A stretch of 32,408 nucleotides of DNA, taken from positions 1 through 32,408 of the forward strand of contig JBEKPX010000002.1 of NCBI GenBank assembly GCA_049520335.1. Direction: 5' to 3'. The notes below the pieces were generated by a model, which made no database searches, was not told where the DNA came from, and saw only the letters and a list, made by a program, of their open reading frames with translations. This stretch comes from Candidatus Micrarchaeales archaeon. Its GTDB lineage: Archaea > Micrarchaeota > Micrarchaeia > Micrarchaeales > CABMGC01. Made by a program: the position numbers and the translations under genes. Below, in pieces: positions 23,624 to 31,578 of the stretch (its first letter is position 1; each line of letters opens with the position of its first letter).

Positions 23624-25435
23624 ATGCAAAAAGAGATACTGCTGTTCTTCGCGATAATAGATCTCAGCTTCTCCTATTTCGCATTCACAGGCGCGCAGTA
23701 CTTCTCGCCATTTTATATGCTCCTCATCTTTCTGTTGCCTCTCCTTTCCGCAGCAATTTTCATATTCACGTCCACTGATTATTTTGATTCAAGCAAATAC
23801 AGGAGCTACATCACAGCGGCATTCATAGTAGCGTCTATTCTGCTGATATATCTTAATGCAGCATTCGACCATCCCACACCTTCCGTCTTCAACACGGTGC
23901 TTTACGTGATATGGCTCCTCTCAATCGCATCAGCGATAAGCATTGCGGGGTTCTATCTCATCGGAAGAGTAATGGGATATCTGGAAAAGAGGCCAAAGAA
24001 ATTCATATATGCAGTTGTTATTCTTCTGCTAGTATTAACAGCCAGCGTCGCATACCTTTCTCAATACGGATTTAAAAGTTATGACTGGAACTATGTCGAT
24101 GAACTTGCATATAACTATTATTCATCTTACCTCTTCCTCCACGGACTTAACCCTTATACTCAAAGCATGAAACCCGTATTGGAAAACAGGAGCACGATCC
24201 CAAGCCCTTTCATGCTCAACGGCACATACGATTACACCTATTACTACCCTGCATTGAGCTTCCTCGCATACATTCCGATAACGGCAATCGGAGTGACTGA
24301 TCTTCTTAGTTTCATAGTTGTGCTCACATTCCTTGCCATTGTCTCAGCATTCGAAGTATACTACAAATCCGGATTCAACAAACTGACGCTGATTCCGCTT
24401 GCCGCATGGCTAGGTTCAAGCTTCTTCCTCTCTTTCAGCACAAACGCATATCTTTCCGTCTCAACTCTGTTGTTGTTTGCATATTTTTACAGGAACAAGA
24501 TCGCTATTTCAGGTATTCTGATTGGACTTGCGGCAAGTGCCACCCAACTCTCATGGTTTGCATTGCCCTTCTTTTTCCTGCTCACCGCAAGGAAGCTTGG
24601 AAATAAGAAGATGGTCAAACAGATTTCCTTCTCATTTGCAGCATTCATTGCCATAAACGGCTATTTCATAGCGAACGCCCCAGGTGCGACGCTGAACAGC
24701 CTCTTCAGTCTCTTTTTCACAAACAGGCTGCAATTCGCAGGAATAGACATGGTCCAGTTCCTTCTGGCATTCTATCCTGTATCATACGGCTACTCTGCGC
24801 TAATATCCGCTATATCTCTGATTGCGATGATGTTTCTGTTCTACTTCTATGGGAAAAGTGCAAGGACGCTTCTTGCTGTGGCTCCTGCATTCATATTTTT
24901 TCTATCATGGCGAAATTTTGCAGTGTACGGCCTCGCCTACATTCCTCTCCTGATTGCGATATACTATACTGGCAACGAGAGCGAGAAGAAGGAAGCGGAC
25001 AAACTAAAAAGCAAGAAACCGATGCTCATCCTCCTTGGTTCAGTTGTGCTCATCGCGATTGTAGCAGCAGTTTACCTCCATGAAGGTTATGTGAAGAGCG
25101 ATTTGCTGAAAATAAACGGCATGATGCCCATAATATACGTGAACCAGAACAACCAATATTCTCTTGGCGGCGTGCTTGCGAATCTGACGAACAACGGGAA
25201 CGTCATCGAGAATGTCTCATTTTACCTGATAAGCAGAAGTCCTGATGGATGGGTCTCCGTCGCAGGTTCCACAATGCCTCCATTAAAACCCGGAACAGCA
25301 TCAGGCTACATAATCAATTACAATCAACCTATGATAAACAACGGCACAAGACTGTTTCTGTTTGTCTCAAGCAAAGATTACATAACTAACAGCGAGCTAA
25401 ACATAACAATAAGTCCGCCTCCAAAGATCACTTAG
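23624..25435 (+). CDS. Polytopic membrane protein, GT-C-type glycosyltransferase-like, paralogue 2
   Basis: 603-aa ORF, colinear with 21745-23565. Shared blocks are VDELAYNYYSSYLFLHGLNPY, YYYPALSFLAYI, YYKSGFN, LGLAAS.TQL.WF..PFF, FFLSWRN and the C-terminal ENVSFY..SRSP...TRLF..V...DYIT...LNITI.PPPK. Confidence 0.55.
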   Translation: MQKEILLFFAIIDLSFSYFAFTGAQYFSPFYMLLIFLLPLLSAAIFIFTSTDYFDSSKYRSYITAAFIVASILLIYLNAAFDHPTPSVFNTVLYVIWLLSIASAISIAGFYLIGRVMGYLEKRPKKFIYAVVILLLVLTASVAYLSQYGFKSYDWNYVDELAYNYYSSYLFLHGLNPYTQSMKPVLENRSTIPSPFMLNGTYDYTYYYPALSFLAYIPITAIGVTDLLSFIVVLTFLAIVSAFEVYYKSGFNKLTLIPLAAWLGSSFFLSFSTNAYLSVSTLLLFAYFYRNKIAISGILIGLAASATQLSWFALPFFFLLTARKLGNKKMVKQISFSFAAFIAINGYFIANAPGATLNSLFSLFFTNRLQFAGIDMVQFLLAFYPVSYGYSALISAISLIAMMFLFYFYGKSARTLLAVAPAFIFFLSWRNFAVYGLAYIPLLIAIYYTGNESEKKEADKLKSKKPMLILLGSVVLIAIVAAVYLHEGYVKSDLLKINGMMPIIYVNQNNQYSLGGVLANLTNNGNVIENVSFYLISRSPDGWVSVAGSTMPPLKPGTASGYIINYNQPMINNGTRLFLFVSSKDYITNSELNITISPPPKIT

Positions 25436-25462
25436 CAGCAACCTTCCCAGATAAAAAGTTCT

Positions 25463-25837
25463 CTATTTGTAGATTGACTTGTATGTATTGCCGCTGTCAT
25501 CGCTTATGACGATGCATTCGCCTTCGCATTCTATAAGACATGCCTGGCAGAGTATGCATGAAGGTCCATTAACAGCATCAGACAGCCCGCCGCTCGTCCC
25601 GTCATTCTCCTTAGCGAAATGCTTATGTCCGTCTTGGGCGCTTGACCATTTCGATACGATCTCGGGCAGTGTGGTGCCTTTCCACTTATGCTCATCAGGC
25701 GCATGATCAGAGTTAGCACCCTCGGAATCGGGACTGCCCTGGTCTCCTCTACCCTTCATCTCGAAAACAGCGACTGGGCAGACGTCCTTGCAGTGCTGGC
25801 ATCCCGTGCACTTCTCCTTCTCAACGTAAACATCCAT
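25463..25837 (-). CDS. 2x[4Fe-4S] ferredoxin-like protein with a long inter-motif insert
   Basis: 124-aa ORF. The first cluster motif is CTGCQHCKDVCP and the second is CILCQACLIEC. They are separated by about 70 residues rich in Asp/Glu/His/Ser/Gly. Confidence 0.75.
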   Translation of the reverse strand: MDVYVEKEKCTGCQHCKDVCPVAVFEMKGRGDQGSPDSEGANSDHAPDEHKWKGTTLPEIVSKWSSAQDGHKHFAKENDGTSGGLSDAVNGPSCILCQACLIECEGECIVISDDSGNTYKSIYK

Positions 25838-25891
25838 TCGATCAACTGATTATCCTCTGCATTAAAGTTTTTATTAATTTTGCTTTGCTTC

Positions 25892-27247
25892 TTATGCAAC
25901 GCTTACTTGCACGTCCCTTACAACTATGCTGGGCATGAAGTAATAACTGTTGTCAACGTCCCAGGAAGTCGTCTGCCTTGTGTCGTTCGCTGCGCACTCT
26001 ATGTTCTTAAGCATCCTGATCACATTGTCGCTTATCCTTATCCCCACCATCGAGCTAACGTCCCTCTGCTTTATCGCGAACTTAGGTTCGCCTTTCTCTA
26101 TATAAACGGTCAGGTCCCTCGGCATCGTTGAAAACTCGCCCGTTATGTAGTTCGCAAACCTGGTGTACCAGAGATTCGTGACAAGTATGCCCCTGTCGAC
26201 TCTTCCTATCAGTCTTTCAAGATCCTTCACCTTCTTCCTGTGCTCAAAGACTGGCGTATTCGGATCGGGATTTATGAGGCCGGCATTGCCTGTGCTTTTC
26301 GTCCTGTATTTCCTTGCTGTTGAGAAGTTGTGGAGGTAATTAGCCAGCACCCCCTCCTTTATCACAGGCGTTCTCTGAGTGGGATAGCCCTCATCATCGA
26401 AGCTCCTGGCAAGTACGGCGCCTTTCATGTTGCCGTCATCATACAGAGTCACACTCTTATTCGCTACTTCGCTTCCCAGTTTCTTCGCGAATACGCTGCC
26501 TGTCTCAATGTTTCCCATCGCTGCCATCGAATCTATCTCAGAGATGAGACCGCCTCCCGGAGATGGGAGGTATATGATATCATAAGTTCCCGCTCTGATC
26601 TTCCCAGTCCTGCTTATTTTACTTATCAGTCTTACGCTGTCCTTTGCAAAACTCTCTGGATTTGTGCCGCTTATCGATGTTGATGCGGTGATGTCTTGGA
26701 AGGATGTGATATCATTGAAGGCCCTCAAAGACATCCTTATGGTAGTGCTCTTCCACTTCTTATCAACGCTCTTGCTCGTGGCAAGTTCCTTGTCAGCATA
26801 CCTCATAAATATCATCCCTGCGACTTTCTTAGCCCCTTCTTCAGTCGCTGCATTTATGCAGGACTCCGCGATACCGGATGCAATCTCAAGCGTGGAGTTT
26901 TCTATTCTTCTGTCATATCCAATCAATTCTTTTTTGTACCTGAAAGGCCCTTGCGCTATGCCATAATAATCCTTCTTAGGCACAGTGAGCTTTATCAGAG
27001 AGACTGCGCGGTCTACCGCCGATTCAATGCTCTTTCTTTCAGGTTTCTGTATGTTGGTGAAGAAAATTCTCTTTTTGCGCGAGACGAATAGATCTCCATA
27101 ATGATTCATCTTCTCCACTATGGAGTCTATCTTAGAGTTGGTTATCTTCACAAAAATCCTTGTGCTGGTGGAGAAATTGGATACTGCCTCATCGAAGCCT
27201 TTCGAGATCGCCTTGTCAACAGTTTCAAGCGCAAGTCCCATGTTCAT
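25892..27247 (-). CDS. pmbA: PmbA/TldE-family protein (non-catalytic partner of TldD)
   Basis: TldD/PmbA-fold ORF lacking HExxxH. I place the start at the ATG at 27247-27245 (MNMGLALETVDKAI), which shares one base with the tldD stop (TGATG). The track's extension to 27322 would overlap the tldD coding sequence. Confidence 0.8.
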   Translation of the reverse strand: MNMGLALETVDKAISKGFDEAVSNFSTSTRIFVKITNSKIDSIVEKMNHYGDLFVSRKKRIFFTNIQKPERKSIESAVDRAVSLIKLTVPKKDYYGIAQGPFRYKKELIGYDRRIENSTLEIASGIAESCINAATEEGAKKVAGMIFMRYADKELATSKSVDKKWKSTTIRMSLRAFNDITSFQDITASTSISGTNPESFAKDSVRLISKISRTGKIRAGTYDIIYLPSPGGGLISEIDSMAAMGNIETGSVFAKKLGSEVANKSVTLYDDGNMKGAVLARSFDDEGYPTQRTPVIKEGVLANYLHNFSTARKYRTKSTGNAGLINPDPNTPVFEHRKKVKDLERLIGRVDRGILVTNLWYTRFANYITGEFSTMPRDLTVYIEKGEPKFAIKQRDVSSMVGIRISDNVIRMLKNIECAANDTRQTTSWDVDNSYYFMPSIVVRDVQVSVA

Positions 27248-28641
27248 CACTTGAACCTCAGCAGCGCCGATGCGCCGCCGTTCGTCACAGGGACCCCCTG
27301 CATCGGTTCGCCCTTCCCGCAAGTCGCAACATACAGCTCAAAATCATTCCCGATGAGTGCTACAGCATGCCAGAAATCAAGCGTTGCGGAATCGAGCTTG
27401 TAATTCTTCACAGGTTCCTCTAAGCTCCCTTTCCTTATAATGTATGCCTCGTTTCCAGCGTACCTCGCGAAACTCCTTGTGTCATCTATGTTCCATTCAG
27501 TACTGCTGAAACGTTTCAGGTAAATGCCGTTTCCCGCTTCAGATATCAGCTCATCAAGCGTGGCACTCCCAGGCTTTAGGTATGTGTTTGACATTCTTAT
27601 CAATGGCTCATTCGAATAGGAATCGCTTCTTGCTGAGCCGTTGCTGCGCAATCCTAAAAGATGTGCGAACTCCCTGTTGGTCAGCATCTCCTTCTGCACG
27701 CCTTTCTCAACTATTTCTCTTGGTCTGGCCCTCACACCCTCCTCATCATACAGGTAATAGCCGTTCGAGTTCCTTATGGTAGGGTCGTCGATTATGGTCA
27801 CCGCCTTGCTTCCTATCTCAAGGCCCATATTCTCACGTGTCATGTAGCTCGTTCCAGCCTGAGCAGCTTCCCTTCCAAAGACTCTGTCCGCCTCATTAGG
27901 GTGCCCTACGCTCTCGTGTGAAGCTATTCCACTTATCTCTGGGGATATAACTATATTCTTGATTGATTTTAACGCGGTGTTGCTCAGCGTCTTTCCCCTC
28001 TCAAGAACGCTGTGAAGTCTCTTGGAGGAGTCTACCAAATCTGATGACACTTCGCTCGCGTCGAAGTACTCGTAGCCGCCAGTATTTCCGAGCTGCGTCA
28101 TACTCTGTCTGCTTTCTCTTCCATTGCTTACCGTTATTGCAAAGAATGCGGAAGTGCTTGGAACGTCGCTGCTTATCCTAGTTCCATCCGAATTAACATA
28201 GTATGTTCTCGACCTTCCCAGTCCACCATAAAGGCTCCTGTATCTTATGTGCTTGGCTTTTCCGAGTTCTTTGTCTATCTTCATCAGGTCCTTTAGCATA
28301 TTCGCATCATCAACGCTCTGCTTCTCGTGCACCTTGTAGCTGGCCCTCTCCCTTTTCTCCCTTGAGAGTCGTGTAGTCAAGCCAGGGAAGATTCTGAATC
28401 TGTGAATAAGCCTCTTGATGCAACCCTTATCGAGCTTGTTCGTAGATGCAGTATAGAGCCTGCCCTTCATTATCAGCCTTATCCTTATTCCAGCCTCCTC
28501 CCCATGGGCGCTTGCGTTGACCCTGCCTTGCTCTATCGCAAAAGAATTGGCGTATGACCTCTCAAAGTAGGCCTCGGCATACTCAGCTCCCAGCGCCTCT
28601 GCTGTTCTGAGAGCATATTCCGCTTCATCAACGCCTTGCAT
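27247..28641 (-). CDS. tldD: TldD-family metalloprotease
   Basis: 464-aa ORF. It has the HExxxH motif in IASHESVGHPNEADR and the C-terminal CGKGEPMQGVPVTNGGASALL block typical of TldD. Confidence 0.85.
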   Translation of the reverse strand: MQGVDEAEYALRTAEALGAEYAEAYFERSYANSFAIEQGRVNASAHGEEAGIRIRLIMKGRLYTASTNKLDKGCIKRLIHRFRIFPGLTTRLSREKRERASYKVHEKQSVDDANMLKDLMKIDKELGKAKHIRYRSLYGGLGRSRTYYVNSDGTRISSDVPSTSAFFAITVSNGRESRQSMTQLGNTGGYEYFDASEVSSDLVDSSKRLHSVLERGKTLSNTALKSIKNIVISPEISGIASHESVGHPNEADRVFGREAAQAGTSYMTRENMGLEIGSKAVTIIDDPTIRNSNGYYLYDEEGVRARPREIVEKGVQKEMLTNREFAHLLGLRSNGSARSDSYSNEPLIRMSNTYLKPGSATLDELISEAGNGIYLKRFSSTEWNIDDTRSFARYAGNEAYIIRKGSLEEPVKNYKLDSATLDFWHAVALIGNDFELYVATCGKGEPMQGVPVTNGGASALLRFK

Positions 28642-28643
28642 AA

Positions 28644-28946
28644 TCAGCCGAATAAACTTGCAAGTCCGCTTGCCGCCTCCTCTTCACTCTTCTTCTCATC
28701 AGCCTTCTCTTCTTTCTTGACTTCCTTATCAGCCTGCTTTGCTGGTCCTGGTGCCGGAGCTGCCTGCATGGTCTGCGCGTTCTTTATCACTTCCTTTATG
28801 TTCACTCCCTTCAGCGCATTCACTACAGACTTTACCATAGCCTCGTCGGGCTCCTCGCCCGTAGACTTCACTACCTTCTTTATATTCTCTTCATTCACTT
28901 CCTTTCCGGCTGCGTCAAGCAAGAGAGCAGCGTATATGTATTCCAT
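28644..28946 (-). CDS. rpl12: 50S ribosomal stalk protein P1 (archaeal L12)
   Basis: 100-aa [13 protein letters not shown] at the N-terminus, an Ala/Pro/Lys/Glu hinge, and the conserved acidic C-terminal tail [13 protein letters not shown]. Confidence 0.92.
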   Translation of the reverse strand: MEYIYAALLLDAAGKEVNEENIKKVVKSTGEEPDEAMVKSVVNALKGVNIKEVIKNAQTMQAAPAPGPAKQADKEVKKEEKADEKKSEEEAASGLASLFG

Positions 28947-28984
28947 TTTTTCACCTACTTTTCATAAGCATACCAAATCAAACA

Positions 28985-29824
28985 CTATGCATCAAGCTTC
29001 ACATCCTCCGCAATCCCGCTAGCCTGCACAGCTGCATTTGCCATAAGTATCTTCACTATCTCGGGCTCGGGGATCTTCGCCTCTATGCCTACCGACATCG
29101 CACTCCTGTGAGCGCGAGTTATGAACATCGCCACGTTATATTCTGTGACTATCCCGAGCTCCACGCTCATCGCGTAAGCTTCCGCGAAATCTTTCAGTAT
29201 CTCTGCCCTTATGTAATCCTCATTCACTCTGAGTGCAGCTTCAGTATAAGTTAAGCCGCTTGATATCGCCATGTTAAGCCTAGGCGCCACCTCGAAAGGC
29301 TTTATCTCAAGTATCTTCAGCGCATTGGCGACAGCTCCGCTTATCTTCTTGCCCTTCTCGACTAGCACCTTCTGCTTCGCTATCACTACCTTGCCTTTCT
29401 GTATCTGCACGTCTATTCCCGCGCTCTTCAGTTCGGTCACAGTCTGGCCTGGCGCTATGCTTGTGTCGCCAGGCTCTATCACTATGTCGCTCAGAGCCAC
29501 CTGCTTCGGTTTCGCCCCAAGCCTGAGCCTGTTTGCGTTTATTATCTTGTAGAGTTCGAAAGGCTCCTTGTTCGAGAGCACCAACGCGAAGTTCCTCTCA
29601 AGTATCTTCCCCATATTTCCAAGCTTAGCGCCTTCCAGCGCCCTAGCTGCGAGATTTTTCCTGGTTATTATCAGCTTTGAGTCTGGTTTGAGTTTATTCC
29701 TCACCTGCTGAAGAAGCCTGTCGGGAATTGCATCCAGCGGCATTACCGCCACCGTCTTGTAGCTGGCAATCTCCTTAATGAGACCTTTTACGTAGTTCAC
29801 TTTTTGCGGTTTAAACATGCGCAT
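28985..29824 (-). CDS. rpl10: 50S ribosomal protein uL10 (P0)
   Basis: 279-aa ORF located between rpl1 and rpl12. The N-terminal region (KVNYVKGLIKEIASYKTVAVMPLDAIPDRLLQQVRNKL) fits P0. Its start overlaps the rpl1 stop (TAATG). Confidence 0.85.
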   Translation of the reverse strand: MRMFKPQKVNYVKGLIKEIASYKTVAVMPLDAIPDRLLQQVRNKLKPDSKLIITRKNLAARALEGAKLGNMGKILERNFALVLSNKEPFELYKIINANRLRLGAKPKQVALSDIVIEPGDTSIAPGQTVTELKSAGIDVQIQKGKVVIAKQKVLVEKGKKISGAVANALKILEIKPFEVAPRLNMAISSGLTYTEAALRVNEDYIRAEILKDFAEAYAMSVELGIVTEYNVAMFITRAHRSAMSVGIEAKIPEPEIVKILMANAAVQASGIAEDVKLDA

Positions 29825-30459
29825 TAGATCAACCTCATTGGTTTGCTCATGGTGAGCTTGACATAAACTGATCTTACCCTGTTCGAGCCGACTGCCTTGT
29901 CTACCCCTGCCACAACCTCCTTTATGTTATCGTATATTTTTCTCGTCTCCATCTTCTCGCTCCCAACTACGCAGTGTATCGTAGGCAGGAACTTGCCCTT
30001 GTTTTTTATCGAGATCTTCTTGGTCATCTCTTCAGATATCTTATTGAGGTCCTGCGGGGACATTATAGGCTTAGGCATCTTGTTCTTTGGGCCGAGGAAC
30101 GTTCCCAGCTGCTTTGCGATGCTGGGCATGAGGTTTGGCTGCGAGATGAGGTTATACTGCAGTAATGAGCTGAGCCTTTCCTTGTCGCTGGTTATGCTAA
30201 CCAGAGAACTTCCATCTATGACTTCTATTCCGTTCTTATTCGCGCCATCGATGAAGTTTTTATCGGTCGCGAATATCGCTAGCTTCGCAACCTTGCCCTT
30301 GCCGTTAGGCAAGACCACATCAATGTTAAGCCTGTTTACCTGTTTTGAGAAGTCCACGCCCTTGAAGTTGATCGCGAGTTCCACGCTCTGCTCAAACTTC
30401 CTCTTGTTCCTATTCTCCTCGATGAACTTCTCAAACTCGCTGTACTTATCTTCCAACAC
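29824..30459 (-). CDS. rpl1: 50S ribosomal protein uL1
   Basis: ORF with FEQSVELAINFKGVDF...LPNGKGK...FATD...KMPKP, typical of uL1. I prefer the GTG start at 30459, which lies 6 nt after GCAGGAGGG. The track's ATG at 30507 adds 16 atypical residues (MHLFSRKHCSFAGGIT). Confidence 0.88.
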   Translation of the reverse strand: MLEDKYSEFEKFIEENRNKRKFEQSVELAINFKGVDFSKQVNRLNIDVVLPNGKGKVAKLAIFATDKNFIDGANKNGIEVIDGSSLVSITSDKERLSSLLQYNLISQPNLMPSIAKQLGTFLGPKNKMPKPIMSPQDLNKISEEMTKKISIKNKGKFLPTIHCVVGSEKMETRKIYDNIKEVVAGVDKAVGSNRVRSVYVKLTMSKPMRLI

Positions 30460-30629
30460 AGTAATCCCTCCTGCAAAACTGCAGTGCTTGCGGGAGAACA
30501 AGTGCAATTAGATTGTCCGAAAAAATATAAATACCTTTCCGAAGCAGAGGCTTTGCACATTAAGTCAATTTTGCACTTAAAAGATTATTTAATCTTATTT
30601 TGCGTAATAAAGAAAGGGGGAATGTCTTT

Positions 30630-31355
30630 ATGGTCATTCAGAAAGAATCTGACTTTGTTAAGTCTCTGAATGAACACTGCGAATTAAAGGAAGTTGGAGG
30701 CAAGGCTTTCTGCCTAATGGAGCTGAAAAGAGAAGGTTTTAATGTCGCAGACGGGGTGGTCATAACCACCCCTGCTCATGAACAATGGCTGAAAAACAAA
30801 GTAGTCCCTTCCTCTTTACGCGAAGAACTCAAATCTTTTACTTTTTCTTTCCCTTTGATTGTGCGAAGTTCTGCCACTGCAGAAGATTCCAAGAAGGCGA
30901 GCTTTGCGGGGAGGTTTACTTCATGCCCTAATGCAAATTCAGTCGAAGATGTTTTGGGGAATCTTGAAAAAATATACAAGGACGCGGGTGGCGAAAACGT
31001 CATTTCCTATTGCAAGCGGATGGACGTCGATTATCAAAAGGTGAGAATGGGGGTTCTAGTACAGGAACAACTGCAACCTTTGTACTCAGGCGTAGTCTTT
31101 ACAAGAAATCCGCTTAGCGGCAAGGATGAAGTTGCAACTGATTATACCAGCGGCGTTCCTTGGGAGTTGTGTGAACGAGGTGCAAACTCCAAGCACATAA
31201 TTTTGACCGATTCAGGTTTGTTTGCAGGGCTTTATCCGATTGTCCAAAAAATAGAAGCGATATTTGGAGAGCCACAAGACATTGAGTGGGCCTTAGACAG
31301 CAGTGGCAGATACTGGATTCTTCAGGCAAGACCCATAACTACCTTGCCACAATAA
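30630..31355 (+). CDS. Stand-alone PEP/pyruvate-binding (PPDK_N, ATP-grasp) domain protein
   Basis: ORF with GGKAFCLMELKREGFNV, IVRSSATAEDSKKASFAGRF, VLVQEQLQPLYSGVVFTRNPLSG and DIEWALDSSGRYWILQARPIT. These match the N-terminal nucleotide-binding domain of PEP synthase/PPDK. The ATG at 30630 follows GAAAGGGGG. The track's TTG at 30600 is the alternative start. Confidence 0.75.
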   Translation: MVIQKESDFVKSLNEHCELKEVGGKAFCLMELKREGFNVADGVVITTPAHEQWLKNKVVPSSLREELKSFTFSFPLIVRSSATAEDSKKASFAGRFTSCPNANSVEDVLGNLEKIYKDAGGENVISYCKRMDVDYQKVRMGVLVQEQLQPLYSGVVFTRNPLSGKDEVATDYTSGVPWELCERGANSKHIILTDSGLFAGLYPIVQKIEAIFGEPQDIEWALDSSGRYWILQARPITTLPQ

Positions 31356-31467
31356 GTATCTATTTTACTATACCTCCTGAATTAATGCACAAACCTCTTT
31401 CTATCCTATTATCAACGACCTGAGCTTAAAAACACCCAAAATTCTGACGAATAACGACGATTTTTAT

Positions 31468-31483
31468 GCAAAGATTTAAATAG
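31468..31483 (+). promoter_or_regulatory. BRE/TATA-like element upstream of tuf
   Basis: GCAAAGATTTAAATAG is a purine-rich stretch followed by TTTAAATA. It lies about 100 nt upstream of the tuf ATG, which implies a leader of about 70-75 nt. Confidence 0.4.
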
Positions 31484-31578
31484 GTATTCAGCTAATAAAC
31501 TAATGTTAAAAGGGGAGCGTCTTTCTTGAAAGTTAGCGCTCTACTTTTACCGAAAATTGATGTTTATTGGTAGATGAT

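Noticed and set aside
27248-27322. N-terminal extension of the pmbA ORF (MREGRTDAGGPCDERRRIGAAEVQV...).
   Set aside because: It would overlap 75 nt of the tldD coding sequence. The in-frame ATG at 27247 gives a canonical TGATG stop/start coupling and a typical PmbA N-terminus.
30460-30507. N-terminal extension of rpl1 from the ATG at 30507 (MHLFSRKHCSFAGGIT).
   Set aside because: The extension is atypical for uL1 and contains the GGAGGG Shine-Dalgarno-like motif itself. The GTG at 30459, 6 nt after that motif, is preferred. I cannot exclude the longer form without homologue alignment.
30508-30599. Possible L1 autoregulatory mRNA structure or shared divergent promoter (AAAAAATATAAATACC at about 30519-30534) upstream of rpl1.
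   Set aside because: I could not identify a convincing mimic of the 23S L1-binding helix by eye. Only a weak CTGC...GCAG stem is present. The evidence is insufficient to report as a feature.
31356-31578. C/D-box sRNA or tRNA in the long intergenic region before tuf.
   Set aside because: There is no RUGAUGA...CUGA pair in the correct order or spacing, and no T-loop or acceptor pairing. Only the hairpin reported as a low-interest finding is present.
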